Part shown: piece by piece, positions 56,744-64,000 of the stretch
Layout of the letters: each line of letters begins with the position of its first letter
How positions within the stretch are numbered: the first letter of the stretch is position 1
NCBI GenBank assembly: GCA_002429085.1
Contig: DIYR01000215.1
Coordinates: forward strand, 2,647 to 66,646
DNA length: 64,000 nucleotides
Reading direction: 5' to 3'
Source: Flavobacteriales bacterium UBA6049
GTDB taxonomy: Bacteria; Bacteroidota; Bacteroidia; Flavobacteriales_G; Salibacteraceae
Made by a program: the position numbers and the translations under genes
Notes under the pieces: generated by a model
What the model was told of the DNA's origin: nothing
What the model saw: the letters and a program-made list of their open reading frames with translations, nothing else
Database searches by the model: none

Positions 56744-57202
56744 ATGGAAAAAGTAGTCATATCAATTAAAGCAGAACAATTTTCTAGTCAACAAATCAAA
56801 AGTCTAGAACAGGTTGTTATTCAAAACTACAAGACCTTCATTTCCAAGAACAATGTTTTAATTCTTTGGAACATCGTATCAGAAGCGAACGGGTTCAGCA
56901 ACTTTAAACCACACATTCCTTCTATTATCAATATGGGATGTCCTATTGGCTTTTCTCAAGAAAAAAGAGTGCAAATGTTTGAGCAATGCACCAAAGATTG
57001 GACAAGCATTACAGGTCAACGCTCAGATGAGCTTCTCATATCTATTATAGAACAACCTCTTTTCAAGGAATTTTTAGACAGAAACGCAAACCAACTCACT
57101 CAATATGGCAAACTCAGATTGCGCTTGCACTTGCTAAAAGAGTTGATTTCTTCTAAAATCTCTACTGGTTACTACTCCTTTAATTCATCCATTAATAACT
57201 AA
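56744..57202 (+). CDS. Hypothetical protein (152 aa)
   Basis: A clean ORF that ends 4 nt before the tautomerase-like gene. I recognise no motif. Confidence 0.5.
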   Translation: MEKVVISIKAEQFSSQQIKSLEQVVIQNYKTFISKNNVLILWNIVSEANGFSNFKPHIPSIINMGCPIGFSQEKRVQMFEQCTKDWTSITGQRSDELLISIIEQPLFKEFLDRNANQLTQYGKLRLRLHLLKELISSKISTGYYSFNSSINN

Positions 57203-57206
57203 TAAG

Positions 57207-57599
57207 ATGCCTTTATATACTGTATTGACAAAAAGAAACCTAAGCGCCTCAAAAAAGAAAAGCATATCCGATGGAATAGTGAAAGTGCACAGTAAAGTAA
57301 CAGGTGCTCCGCCAGTTTTTGGAACAGTACTATTCATGTCTGGATACCGGCTAAAAAAGAATCAAGAAGCTATGATTTTAGGGAGTATTCGAATAGGAGG
57401 AAATCGAAGTCAGCAAATTATTGATGAGCTAAAAAACAAGCTAATACATGTTGTTATTCATTTCGGGCAATTCAATACCGCACAAGTTGGTCTGGACTTT
57501 ATAGGAATTAAAGCCAGTTGGGTATATGAAGGCGGAATGGTACTTCCCGATCCAGGTGATGAAGATACCTGGTTGGCCAATAACCCAAATCACCACTAA
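57207..57599 (+). CDS. Tautomerase superfamily protein (about 130-aa Tautomerase_3-like, with N-terminal Pro-1)
   Basis: It begins MPLYTV..., so Pro-1 follows Met removal. HSKVTGAPPVF and a C-terminal GGMVLPDPGDEDTWL resemble the long 4-OT-like family as I recall it. Confidence 0.6.
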   Translation: MPLYTVLTKRNLSASKKKSISDGIVKVHSKVTGAPPVFGTVLFMSGYRLKKNQEAMILGSIRIGGNRSQQIIDELKNKLIHVVIHFGQFNTAQVGLDFIGIKASWVYEGGMVLPDPGDEDTWLANNPNHH

Positions 57600-57637
57600 C
57601 TAATACTCAGCTTTTGTAACTATTAAAACTAGATATC

Positions 57638-58420
57638 ATGAAAAAAACAGCTTTAATTACAGGTGCAGCAGGCGGAATTGGAAAAGAGTTTGCCAAAATT
57701 CATGCACAAAAAGGTGGAGACATTGTAGGAGTTGATTTAAACCTCGCTGGACTTAAAACCTTAAAAACTGAATTAGAAAGTCAGTATGGTGTAACAGTTT
57801 ACATCATAGAGAAAAACTTGACTGATCTCAACGCTCCAAAAGAAATTTACGATGAGTTAAAGACACGTCAAATCAATATTAACTACCTCATTAATAATGC
57901 TGGATTTGGAGGTGTAGGCGATTTCCACAAACGTTCTTGGGAACAAGATCTTGCCATGATTCAAGTAGATGTAATTGCATTAACAGCACTTACAAAGTTC
58001 TTCTTACCAGATTTTGTTGAGCGAAACGAGGGCCGCATACTCAATGTTTCTTCAACTGTAAGCCTTATTCCTGGGCCAGGACAAGCAGTATATTTTGCGA
58101 GTAAGGCATTTGTAACCTCACTCACTCGCTCAATTTATGGAGAGCTAAACAACTCCAATGCAAGCATTACGGCACTACTTCCTGGCGCTACCCAAACTGG
58201 TTTTGGTGATCATTCTGGTATGAACAAAACTGCTATTTACAAAAAACCTGCTAATGCAGCAGATGTTGCCAAAGATGGATATGAAGCCATGCTGAAAGGC
58301 GAACTAGAGGTAATTTCAGGTATTCCGTTTTCGCAACGGGTAGAACTTGCTGTTGCTCCATTACTTCCTAAAAAAGCTTTGGTAGAAAGAATTCGCAAAA
58401 CGCAAGAAATCAAAGAATAA
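57638..58420 (+). CDS. SDR family oxidoreductase
   Basis: TGAAGGIG, NNAG and YxxxK (YFASK). Confidence 0.85.
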   Translation: MKKTALITGAAGGIGKEFAKIHAQKGGDIVGVDLNLAGLKTLKTELESQYGVTVYIIEKNLTDLNAPKEIYDELKTRQININYLINNAGFGGVGDFHKRSWEQDLAMIQVDVIALTALTKFFLPDFVERNEGRILNVSSTVSLIPGPGQAVYFASKAFVTSLTRSIYGELNNSNASITALLPGATQTGFGDHSGMNKTAIYKKPANAADVAKDGYEAMLKGELEVISGIPFSQRVELAVAPLLPKKALVERIRKTQEIKE

Positions 58421-58442
58421 AAACGCTTAAACCTGAATAATT

Positions 58443-59837
58443 ATGGAAACTACAGCACAAGGAATTTATTCTGAACAAGAGATTCAGGATTTGGTAACAG
58501 CTCAAAGAGCATACTACAACAGCAATGTTACTTTACCAGTTGAATTTAGGCTTAAACAACTCAAAAAGTTTAGAGACCTAATTCGAAAACATGAAGATGA
58601 CTTACATGCCGCTATCTATAAAGACTTTGGTAAATCGAAGTACGATAATCAACTTACTGAAATCTTCCCACTATACGAAGAGCTGGATATAGCTATTAAG
58701 AATGTGAGACGCTGGGTACAGCATAGAAAGGTTAAAACCAATTTACTGAATCAACCTGCCAAAAGCTACTTAGTACCTGAACCACTGGGTGTTTCATTGG
58801 TAATTGGCGCTTGGAATTTCCCGTATAACCTATCACTAATTCCGGTAGTTGGTTCTATGGTTGCCGGCAATACAACTATTCTTAAGCCAAGCGAACTTCC
58901 TGTAGAAACCAGTAAGATAATGGCAAAAATCATCAATGAGAATTTTGACAAAAATTACCTTCATGTAGTAGAAGGTGGCATTCCAGAAACTACAGCAATT
59001 CTAAAGCAACGATTCGATAAGGTTTTCTTTACTGGTAGTCCACAAGTGGGTAAAATTGTAAATCAGGCAGCGGCCGCTCACCTTACCAGTGTTACATTAG
59101 AACTTGGAGGTAAAAACCCTGCTCTATTTACTAAAGACGCTACCATTGATGTTGGTGTTAAACGAATGGTTTGGGCCAAGTTTCTCAATTCAGGGCAATT
59201 GTGTTTAGCTCCAGATTATGTGCTTGTACATAAAGACATTAAGAGCAAGGTGCTAGAAAGCATCGTAACCGAAATCAAGAAGAACGATTTCTCGGTAGAG
59301 AATGAAAACTTTGTTCGAATTATTAATGCCCGAAATTTTGACCGAGTTGCTTCTTTAATTGATGATTCGAAAGTATTCTTTGGCGGCAAAACCAATAGAG
59401 AAGAACGCTTGATTGAACCAACAGTACTCAACAATGTATCGCTGGATGATGCTATTATGCAAGACGAAATTTTCGGGCCAATAATTCCAGTAATTGAATA
59501 TGAAACCATTGATGAAGCCTTCCAAATTATCAAGCGTTTCGAAAAGCCTTTAGCGGCTTACTTATTCTCAAACGATGCTGATATCAAAAATCGATTTCTA
59601 ACGGAAATTCCTTTCGGAAGTGGGGGTATTAATGAGGCAGTAATGCAGAACAATAACTCAAACCTACCTTTTGGAGGAGTTGGTAACAGTGGTATGGGAC
59701 GGTATCATGGAAAGTACAGTTTCGAGAACTTTTCTCACTTTAAAGCTATTCTTGATAAGGCTAATTTCTTTGAATCAGATTTAAAGTATTACGGACATTC
59801 TGATAGACAAATGAAGGTAATTAAAACACTTAGCTAG
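58443..59837 (+). CDS. Aldehyde dehydrogenase (class 3-like)
   Basis: Catalytic ELGGKNP and the Cys segment SGQLCLAPDY. The length of about 460 aa is typical of ALDH3-type enzymes. Confidence 0.9.
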   Translation: METTAQGIYSEQEIQDLVTAQRAYYNSNVTLPVEFRLKQLKKFRDLIRKHEDDLHAAIYKDFGKSKYDNQLTEIFPLYEELDIAIKNVRRWVQHRKVKTNLLNQPAKSYLVPEPLGVSLVIGAWNFPYNLSLIPVVGSMVAGNTTILKPSELPVETSKIMAKIINENFDKNYLHVVEGGIPETTAILKQRFDKVFFTGSPQVGKIVNQAAAAHLTSVTLELGGKNPALFTKDATIDVGVKRMVWAKFLNSGQLCLAPDYVLVHKDIKSKVLESIVTEIKKNDFSVENENFVRIINARNFDRVASLIDDSKVFFGGKTNREERLIEPTVLNNVSLDDAIMQDEIFGPIIPVIEYETIDEAFQIIKRFEKPLAAYLFSNDADIKNRFLTEIPFGSGGINEAVMQNNNSNLPFGGVGNSGMGRYHGKYSFENFSHFKAILDKANFFESDLKYYGHSDRQMKVIKTLS

Positions 59838-59860
59838 TACTATGCACCATTTGATGCTGT

Positions 59861-59894
59861 AGCCGTTTAACTATTTGTTGAACGGCTTTTTTTA
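59861..59894 (+). terminator. Rho-independent terminator
   Basis: AGCCGTT, a 13-nt loop, AACGGCT, then T7. Confidence 0.65.
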
Positions 59895-59909
59895 TTCGAG
59901 TTCGGACGT

Positions 59910-60001
59910 TGAGCTTGTCGAAACGTAACTGAACGAGCTAAGTCAAATTTTCTTTTCATCTATTTCACTCTTCGACAGGCTCAGGGTTCAGAGGTTCTGA
60001 A
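59910..60001. repeat. REP-like nested palindromic element
   Basis: The outer inverted repeat is TGAGCTTGTCGAA (59910-59922) with TTCGACAGGCTCA (59971-59983), matching 12 of 13 positions. It is followed by the hairpin TTCAGA-ggt-TCTGAA (59987-60001). Confidence 0.4.
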
Positions 60002-60008
60002 TGGGTAG

Positions 60009-61613
60009 TTATTCTACCAAAATCTTTGCAAATTCTTTTCCGGCTGTTACGATGTACATACCGGGCGGAATGTGTTCTAATGGGTAGGTTTGTTGGCCTT
60101 GTTGGCCTTGCCAATTTGCGATGGCGCGACCTTGCAGATCGTACAGCCAAATGGTGGTGTTGGCGCTTAATGTTATGGTTAACTCATTGTGTGCTGGATT
60201 GGGAAATACAGCCAAATTGCCATTAAATATGGGAGCTACCTTGTCTGCTATGCCAACAGGTATGCATGGTATATCTGGAATGCATCCATTGCTATCGGTT
60301 AGTACCATGTAGGGCACATGCTTGCCTAGGGTATCTATAAACAGTTGGCCACCTAGTAATAGTTGGTTACCATATTGCTTGGCAAACCAATACCTATATT
60401 CTGACCACGTGAATATTTTCTCAGGGTGGTAAATGGGCTGCTCAAATTCTTTCTCAGTTCCATTGTAGGTATTAATTCTACTGGTTCGTATATAAACTTG
60501 ATTGCCGTTATGCACATTCCCTTCTATTGCCCATGTTTCTCTATACATCATGAGTGATCTACCACCTTCTTGTTGAAAGAATGCGGTAAACTTTGTGCCA
60601 GAATGAGCAAAATCGTCTACGTAATCTCTTATTACGTTCCCTTCTCTATCTAGCTCACGAAAACGAGGAATTCCTGTGGCAAAATCCCAAAATATGTTCT
60701 GAGTGATTATTGGATGAGACAGTGCCAAATTGCCATTGCTCAATACATTGATAAAATTGCATTCTTGGTGTGCATCTACTGAATCGCGCCCAAAATAAAT
60801 GCGCTCACAATTTAAGCCCAAAGAATCGCAGCGGTACACAAAGGCCATATTATCGCAGTAGCGCGATTCATTCTGATAACAGGGACTATTGCCTGTTAAG
60901 GCATAATTGCCACAGTAAAAAATCTCGCCTGTTTCTGGATGGCGGGTAATATCTGTAATGGTTTCGCTATACGGAAAGTTATCTACCGAGGTACGGTACC
61001 AATCTAACTCTCCATTCTCATTCATATGAAAAATGCGGTTTTTACCCGGATGGTCTGTAATACAAGGTTCTGGAAAATCAATTGCCACAAAGTATCCTCC
61101 CCACGGATCTTTTTTGGCCTTAGAAACCGAAGATATACATGGCCGTGAATCAAATAGGGTATCAGTTATTTCTACCAATGAAAATTCCTCTAAATCCTTA
61201 GAAATTTTCAATGTGTAAAATTTCCGTTCGAATTGATTTCGCATAGTAGAAAACATCTGATATCCTGAATCTGTTTCCATGAGCACGTCATCTATCCACA
61301 AGTTATAAATAGTATCCAATGGATAAATTTTATTCAGGGTATCTACAGATAAACGTTCTCCTGTTAAATCAAAGGTTTCTAAGTAGTAATGCCATGCTTG
61401 GTATTCTGCACCAGAATGGTATTCATATACTGATTTTATCGCTACAATTTCATTCTCATCCGTAAGTACTGCATCTTGAAATTGGGCTGTATTTACGCTA
61501 TCTAGGTCTGGCCAATAATAGCGGTTGAATTGAGCCGAAGCAGCATAAGCAATGGTTGTTAGTAATCCTACTAACAACCATTGCTTGATACTATATTGTT
61601 TATTGAACCACAT
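60009..61613 (-). CDS. Secreted protein with a type IX secretion C-terminal sorting domain
   Basis: Signal peptide MWFNKQYSIKQWLLVGLLTTIAYAASAQ. The C-terminal sorting pattern is LAVFPNPAHNELTITL...LYDLQGR...GMYIV. Confidence 0.7.
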   Translation of the reverse strand: MWFNKQYSIKQWLLVGLLTTIAYAASAQFNRYYWPDLDSVNTAQFQDAVLTDENEIVAIKSVYEYHSGAEYQAWHYYLETFDLTGERLSVDTLNKIYPLDTIYNLWIDDVLMETDSGYQMFSTMRNQFERKFYTLKISKDLEEFSLVEITDTLFDSRPCISSVSKAKKDPWGGYFVAIDFPEPCITDHPGKNRIFHMNENGELDWYRTSVDNFPYSETITDITRHPETGEIFYCGNYALTGNSPCYQNESRYCDNMAFVYRCDSLGLNCERIYFGRDSVDAHQECNFINVLSNGNLALSHPIITQNIFWDFATGIPRFRELDREGNVIRDYVDDFAHSGTKFTAFFQQEGGRSLMMYRETWAIEGNVHNGNQVYIRTSRINTYNGTEKEFEQPIYHPEKIFTWSEYRYWFAKQYGNQLLLGGQLFIDTLGKHVPYMVLTDSNGCIPDIPCIPVGIADKVAPIFNGNLAVFPNPAHNELTITLSANTTIWLYDLQGRAIANWQGQQGQQTYPLEHIPPGMYIVTAGKEFAKILVE

Positions 61614-64000
61614 AGAGGGTTTGGGTTTCTACTTTATTTCCTTGAATATAGAATAAAAGCTCGTATACTCCAGTGGCTAAATTAGTTAATTCAATTATTT
61701 GCTGCCCCTCAGCAGCTGTTCCTAACTGTTTTTGCATCAATAGCTTTCCTTTTATGGAATACAGTTCTACGTATTTCTCTCCCTCTATGGCAGATGCTGC
61801 ATTCCACGAAATGGTTGCATACTCTTTGGTAGGGTTAGGGAATATGTTGAATACCTCAACCGCTTGCTCGTTTTGCACATGAGTTTGCCTAGCTGTGGCT
61901 TTTTTACCCGATGAAGCTGTTTCTAGTAGCTCTGGCTCATACAACATGCCATTTAGCATTAGGTATAGGTTGCGCGCATAGCCACCAGATCTTCCACCTT
62001 CTTCGTTGTATCTGTTTAGCAAGCTGGCTTTAAACCCTTCGCTCACAGTAATTCCATCTGCTCCTTTGCTTTCTAGGTAGGTGCCATAGCTATTCGCTAA
62101 ATAATCGTGCACTCTGTCTTGCTCTACAGATTGATCTTCGGTTAACACCATTTGTTCTGTAATTACAGACACATCGTTTAGCCCTGCCCCAAAAGAGGTA
62201 TAGTCTAGTTTTAACCCTGCTACATCCATTCTTTCATAATAGGTGCCCATTTTGTTAGACCATGCCAACAACGAATCGAATTCTATCACAGAATCTGCCG
62301 CATAGGTTTCTATGATTTCATGCTGTACGGTACGCGCTTTACCATAGGCCATTCCTATTTCTGCCAATAAATTATCTACCAATGTTTCGTCTTGCTCGTG
62401 CCCCAACAATAAGTTAATCATGTAGCTTGGCATGGGGTTGCTTTTGGTGGCCAGCATTTCCATCAGTTCTCCATTTTTTGCCAGGTGTTTATTGGCCAAT
62501 AGCACCTCATACAACAAGGCGTTGGGCAAAGTGTTTTCTTCTATCAAAAGAAACACCACATCTGCACTTAGTGGTGAGTTATCTAGCAATTCTTGCTTGA
62601 GTTGCAGGGCTGTGGGCGAGCTGGCATTTTGTATGGCACTTTCTATTAGTGCACGGTCTCCCCCATCTAGCAAGCTATTGTAGGTTGCCAATAGCTGCAA
62701 GTAGTTGTTTTTATGTTGACTAAAATCTGATTTTTTGCCCCCTACATCACTGGCTTTCAGTTGCCGCTTGCCCGATTTGCCATCGTCATGGAACTGCTGA
62801 GAAAGGCATTTATTCATTTTATCAGGATCATTGTCATCACGTATATCAAAGGTATTTACCCCTATGGTAGTGGTTGGTTTTTTGGGCAATGTGTTGCCCC
62901 AGTGGTAGTAATTGAGGTTGAGATTGGTATTGTCGTCAAATTCAATATGCTCTGAGTTGCCCTGTGTATGGAATTCATTCCCTGCATCCCTTACTGGTGA
63001 ACCAGCATATTTGGCTGCGCCCAAGTTTCCTGTATTGAAATAATCGTTCACCATGTGGTTGTATTTATCACACATGGGGGCAAACCCAGCATATTCAAAT
63101 TGATCATCATAGTTTCTGTCAAACGCTACCAACCCTTGGTAGGTGTAGGCAACATCGTTTTTATAGGTTTCGTTTCTATCTCCACCAGAGTCGCCAATTA
63201 CCATACCATATGTAAAATGGCGGTTCCCAACAGACCTTCCTCTTATGAGGTTTTCTTCTATTTTATAGTTGGTAGCGTTGCGCACATATATCCCAAAAAT
63301 GGTTGGCCAATCGTCTCCAGCTTCAATGGTATTTTTGGTAATAATGGCATGATTATGCCCATCTACTACCACACCGCTACGGCAGCCAATAAACTCTGAG
63401 TTTTCTACATTTACATGGTAGCCACTAGGGTGAGTGGTAATAGCTGTTACCCCCTGTCTTAAATTTTGAAAACTACTTGATTTGTTGCTTGAACATGGTG
63501 TAGGATACGATAAGCAAATATCGTTTACGGCAAAATCTGCATCAACGGTATGAATACCATGTACGGTAGGAGAGGTACTTTGCTCATCTTTAAAATCGCA
63601 CCCTAATACGCGCACACCTTTTACCTCGTTCATGGTAATCATTGCCCCGGGAATTGCGCCTTCTGGTAAGGGTGCATCGTATACAAACTCACAGTTACTA
63701 AAATAGCTACGATTAGGAGCTGGCTTACCTGCCAGAGAACTCGGGAACCAAGAAGGATAATGATTTTTGTAGCTTAAGAACTCTACACACCTTTTGTTGT
63801 TTCTAAATACTGCATTTTGGGCTTGTACCACGCCACCAACATGGTTCCACATGGTATTTCCGTTTGGATCAACACCATGCAGCCTTACTGCTTCGCGTGC
63901 ATACTCTATGGTAGAATTTTCAATTTCTAGTATTCCTACCTCATTAAGACTTAAGCCATTTGAATTCCAAAACTGCGTTGGCAGTGTTGTTTGACCAGGA
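61600..64000 (-). CDS. Large secreted beta-helix-like protein with a T9SS C-terminal sorting domain (5' end outside the window)
   Basis: By hand translation the frame stays open from the track start (63852) to the window edge. The C-terminus is FNIFPNPTKEYATISW...LYSIKGKLL...GVYELL. The N-terminal part shows repeated short strand motifs suggesting a parallel beta-helix. Confidence 0.7.
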   Translation of the reverse strand, partial: PGQTTLPTQFWNSNGLSLNEVGILEIENSTIEYAREAVRLHGVDPNGNTMWNHVGGVVQAQNAVFRNNKRCVEFLSYKNHYPSWFPSSLAGKPAPNRSYFSNCEFVYDAPLPEGAIPGAMITMNEVKGVRVLGCDFKDEQSTSPTVHGIHTVDADFAVNDICLSYPTPCSSNKSSSFQNLRQGVTAITTHPSGYHVNVENSEFIGCRSGVVVDGHNHAIITKNTIEAGDDWPTIFGIYVRNATNYKIEENLIRGRSVGNRHFTYGMVIGDSGGDRNETYKNDVAYTYQGLVAFDRNYDDQFEYAGFAPMCDKYNHMVNDYFNTGNLGAAKYAGSPVRDAGNEFHTQGNSEHIEFDDNTNLNLNYYHWGNTLPKKPTTTIGVNTFDIRDDNDPDKMNKCLSQQFHDDGKSGKRQLKASDVGGKKSDFSQHKNNYLQLLATYNSLLDGGDRALIESAIQNASSPTALQLKQELLDNSPLSADVVFLLIEENTLPNALLYEVLLANKHLAKNGELMEMLATKSNPMPSYMINLLLGHEQDETLVDNLLAEIGMAYGKARTVQHEIIETYAADSVIEFDSLLAWSNKMGTYYERMDVAGLKLDYTSFGAGLNDVSVITEQMVLTEDQSVEQDRVHDYLANSYGTYLESKGADGITVSEGFKASLLNRYNEEGGRSGGYARNLYLMLNGMLYEPELLETASSGKKATARQTHVQNEQAVEVFNIFPNPTKEYATISWNAASAIEGEKYVELYSIKGKLLMQKQLGTAAEGQQIIELTNLATGVYELLFYIQGNKVETQTLYVVQ

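Noticed and set aside
59965-60150. 61-aa Arg-rich minus-strand ORF spanning the REP-like element and the 3' end of the T9SS gene
   Set aside because: It is out of frame with a much longer ORF that carries a genuine C-terminal sorting domain. Its tail (EPLNPEPVEE) is simply the translated palindromic repeat.
63055-63399. 114-aa plus-strand ORF inside the large T9SS gene
   Set aside because: It is antisense to a long, motif-bearing ORF and its composition is hydrophobic filler. This is most likely a shadow ORF.
60009-64000. Possible higher-GC horizontally acquired island covering the T9SS cargo genes
   Set aside because: Hand counts on four 60-nt lines in this region gave 32, 28, 23 and 22 G+C. 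One line elsewhere (20161-20220) gave 20. That scatter is too large to claim a compositional shift without a proper sliding-window calculation.
1-64000. Search for tRNA, rRNA, CRISPR arrays, IS elements, integrases and long direct repeats
   Set aside because: All non-coding gaps are 320 bp or shorter. I read through each and none contains a cloverleaf-compatible sequence, spaced direct repeats or transposase-like ORFs. A scan by eye cannot exclude short or degenerate elements.

Overview
This window is a densely packed chromosomal stretch from a low-GC member of Bacteroidota, most likely class Flavobacteriia. Three observations support that placement. Two genes end in type IX secretion C-terminal sorting domains. 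Perfect TAnnTTTG -7 promoter boxes recur upstream of many genes. The gene strings and fusions match what I recall as typical of the group: ftsX-DUF3098-uppP-truB, DUF4271-hemD-rnpA-S41 peptidase, a MurF-Alr fusion and a DAHP synthase-chorismate mutase fusion.

I support about 60 protein-coding genes, mostly housekeeping:
- Replication and DNA repair: dnaG, recJ.
- Nucleotide metabolism: tdk.
- Translation and RNA modification: leuS, rsmI, rlmN, queA, truB, rnpA.
- Central metabolism: sucA and sucB.
- Cell envelope: the MurF-Alr fusion, two glycosyltransferases, an O-antigen-ligase-like protein, uppP, ftsX and rfbA.
- Isoprenoid synthesis: two polyprenyl synthases.

I saw no rRNA, tRNA, CRISPR array, transposase or integrase. 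All functional calls come from reading motifs in the translations. No database search was run.

Nothing here is an obvious defence island or other canonical accessory system. The candidates most worth a second look are:
1. A translationally coupled ECF sigma operon (3636-6811). Its middle gene appears to join an anti-sigma-like N-terminus, one transmembrane helix, a long low-complexity linker and an outer-membrane beta-barrel in a single chain.
2. An orphan gene (34725-35396) bracketed by two terminators. It has the strand order and C-terminal HP(G/A)Y..RN motif of the uracil-DNA-glycosylase superfamily but a non-canonical catalytic motif A.
3. Two unannotated small ORFs sitting against strong terminators (35528-35641 and 44604-44756).
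4. A divergent pair of an MMPL/RND transporter and a radical SAM/SPASM enzyme with no visible substrate peptide (52416-56008).
5. A Crp-linked cluster of a tautomerase, an SDR and an aldehyde dehydrogenase with an 18-bp palindrome (56085-59837).
6. A REP-like nested palindromic element (59910-60001) next to two overlapping T9SS cargo genes that run off the window edge.
7. Several regulatory curiosities: twin GTTTA-N5-TAAAC palindromes, -7 boxes fused to terminator hairpins, near-leaderless genes, and an orphan promoter-plus-terminator unit.
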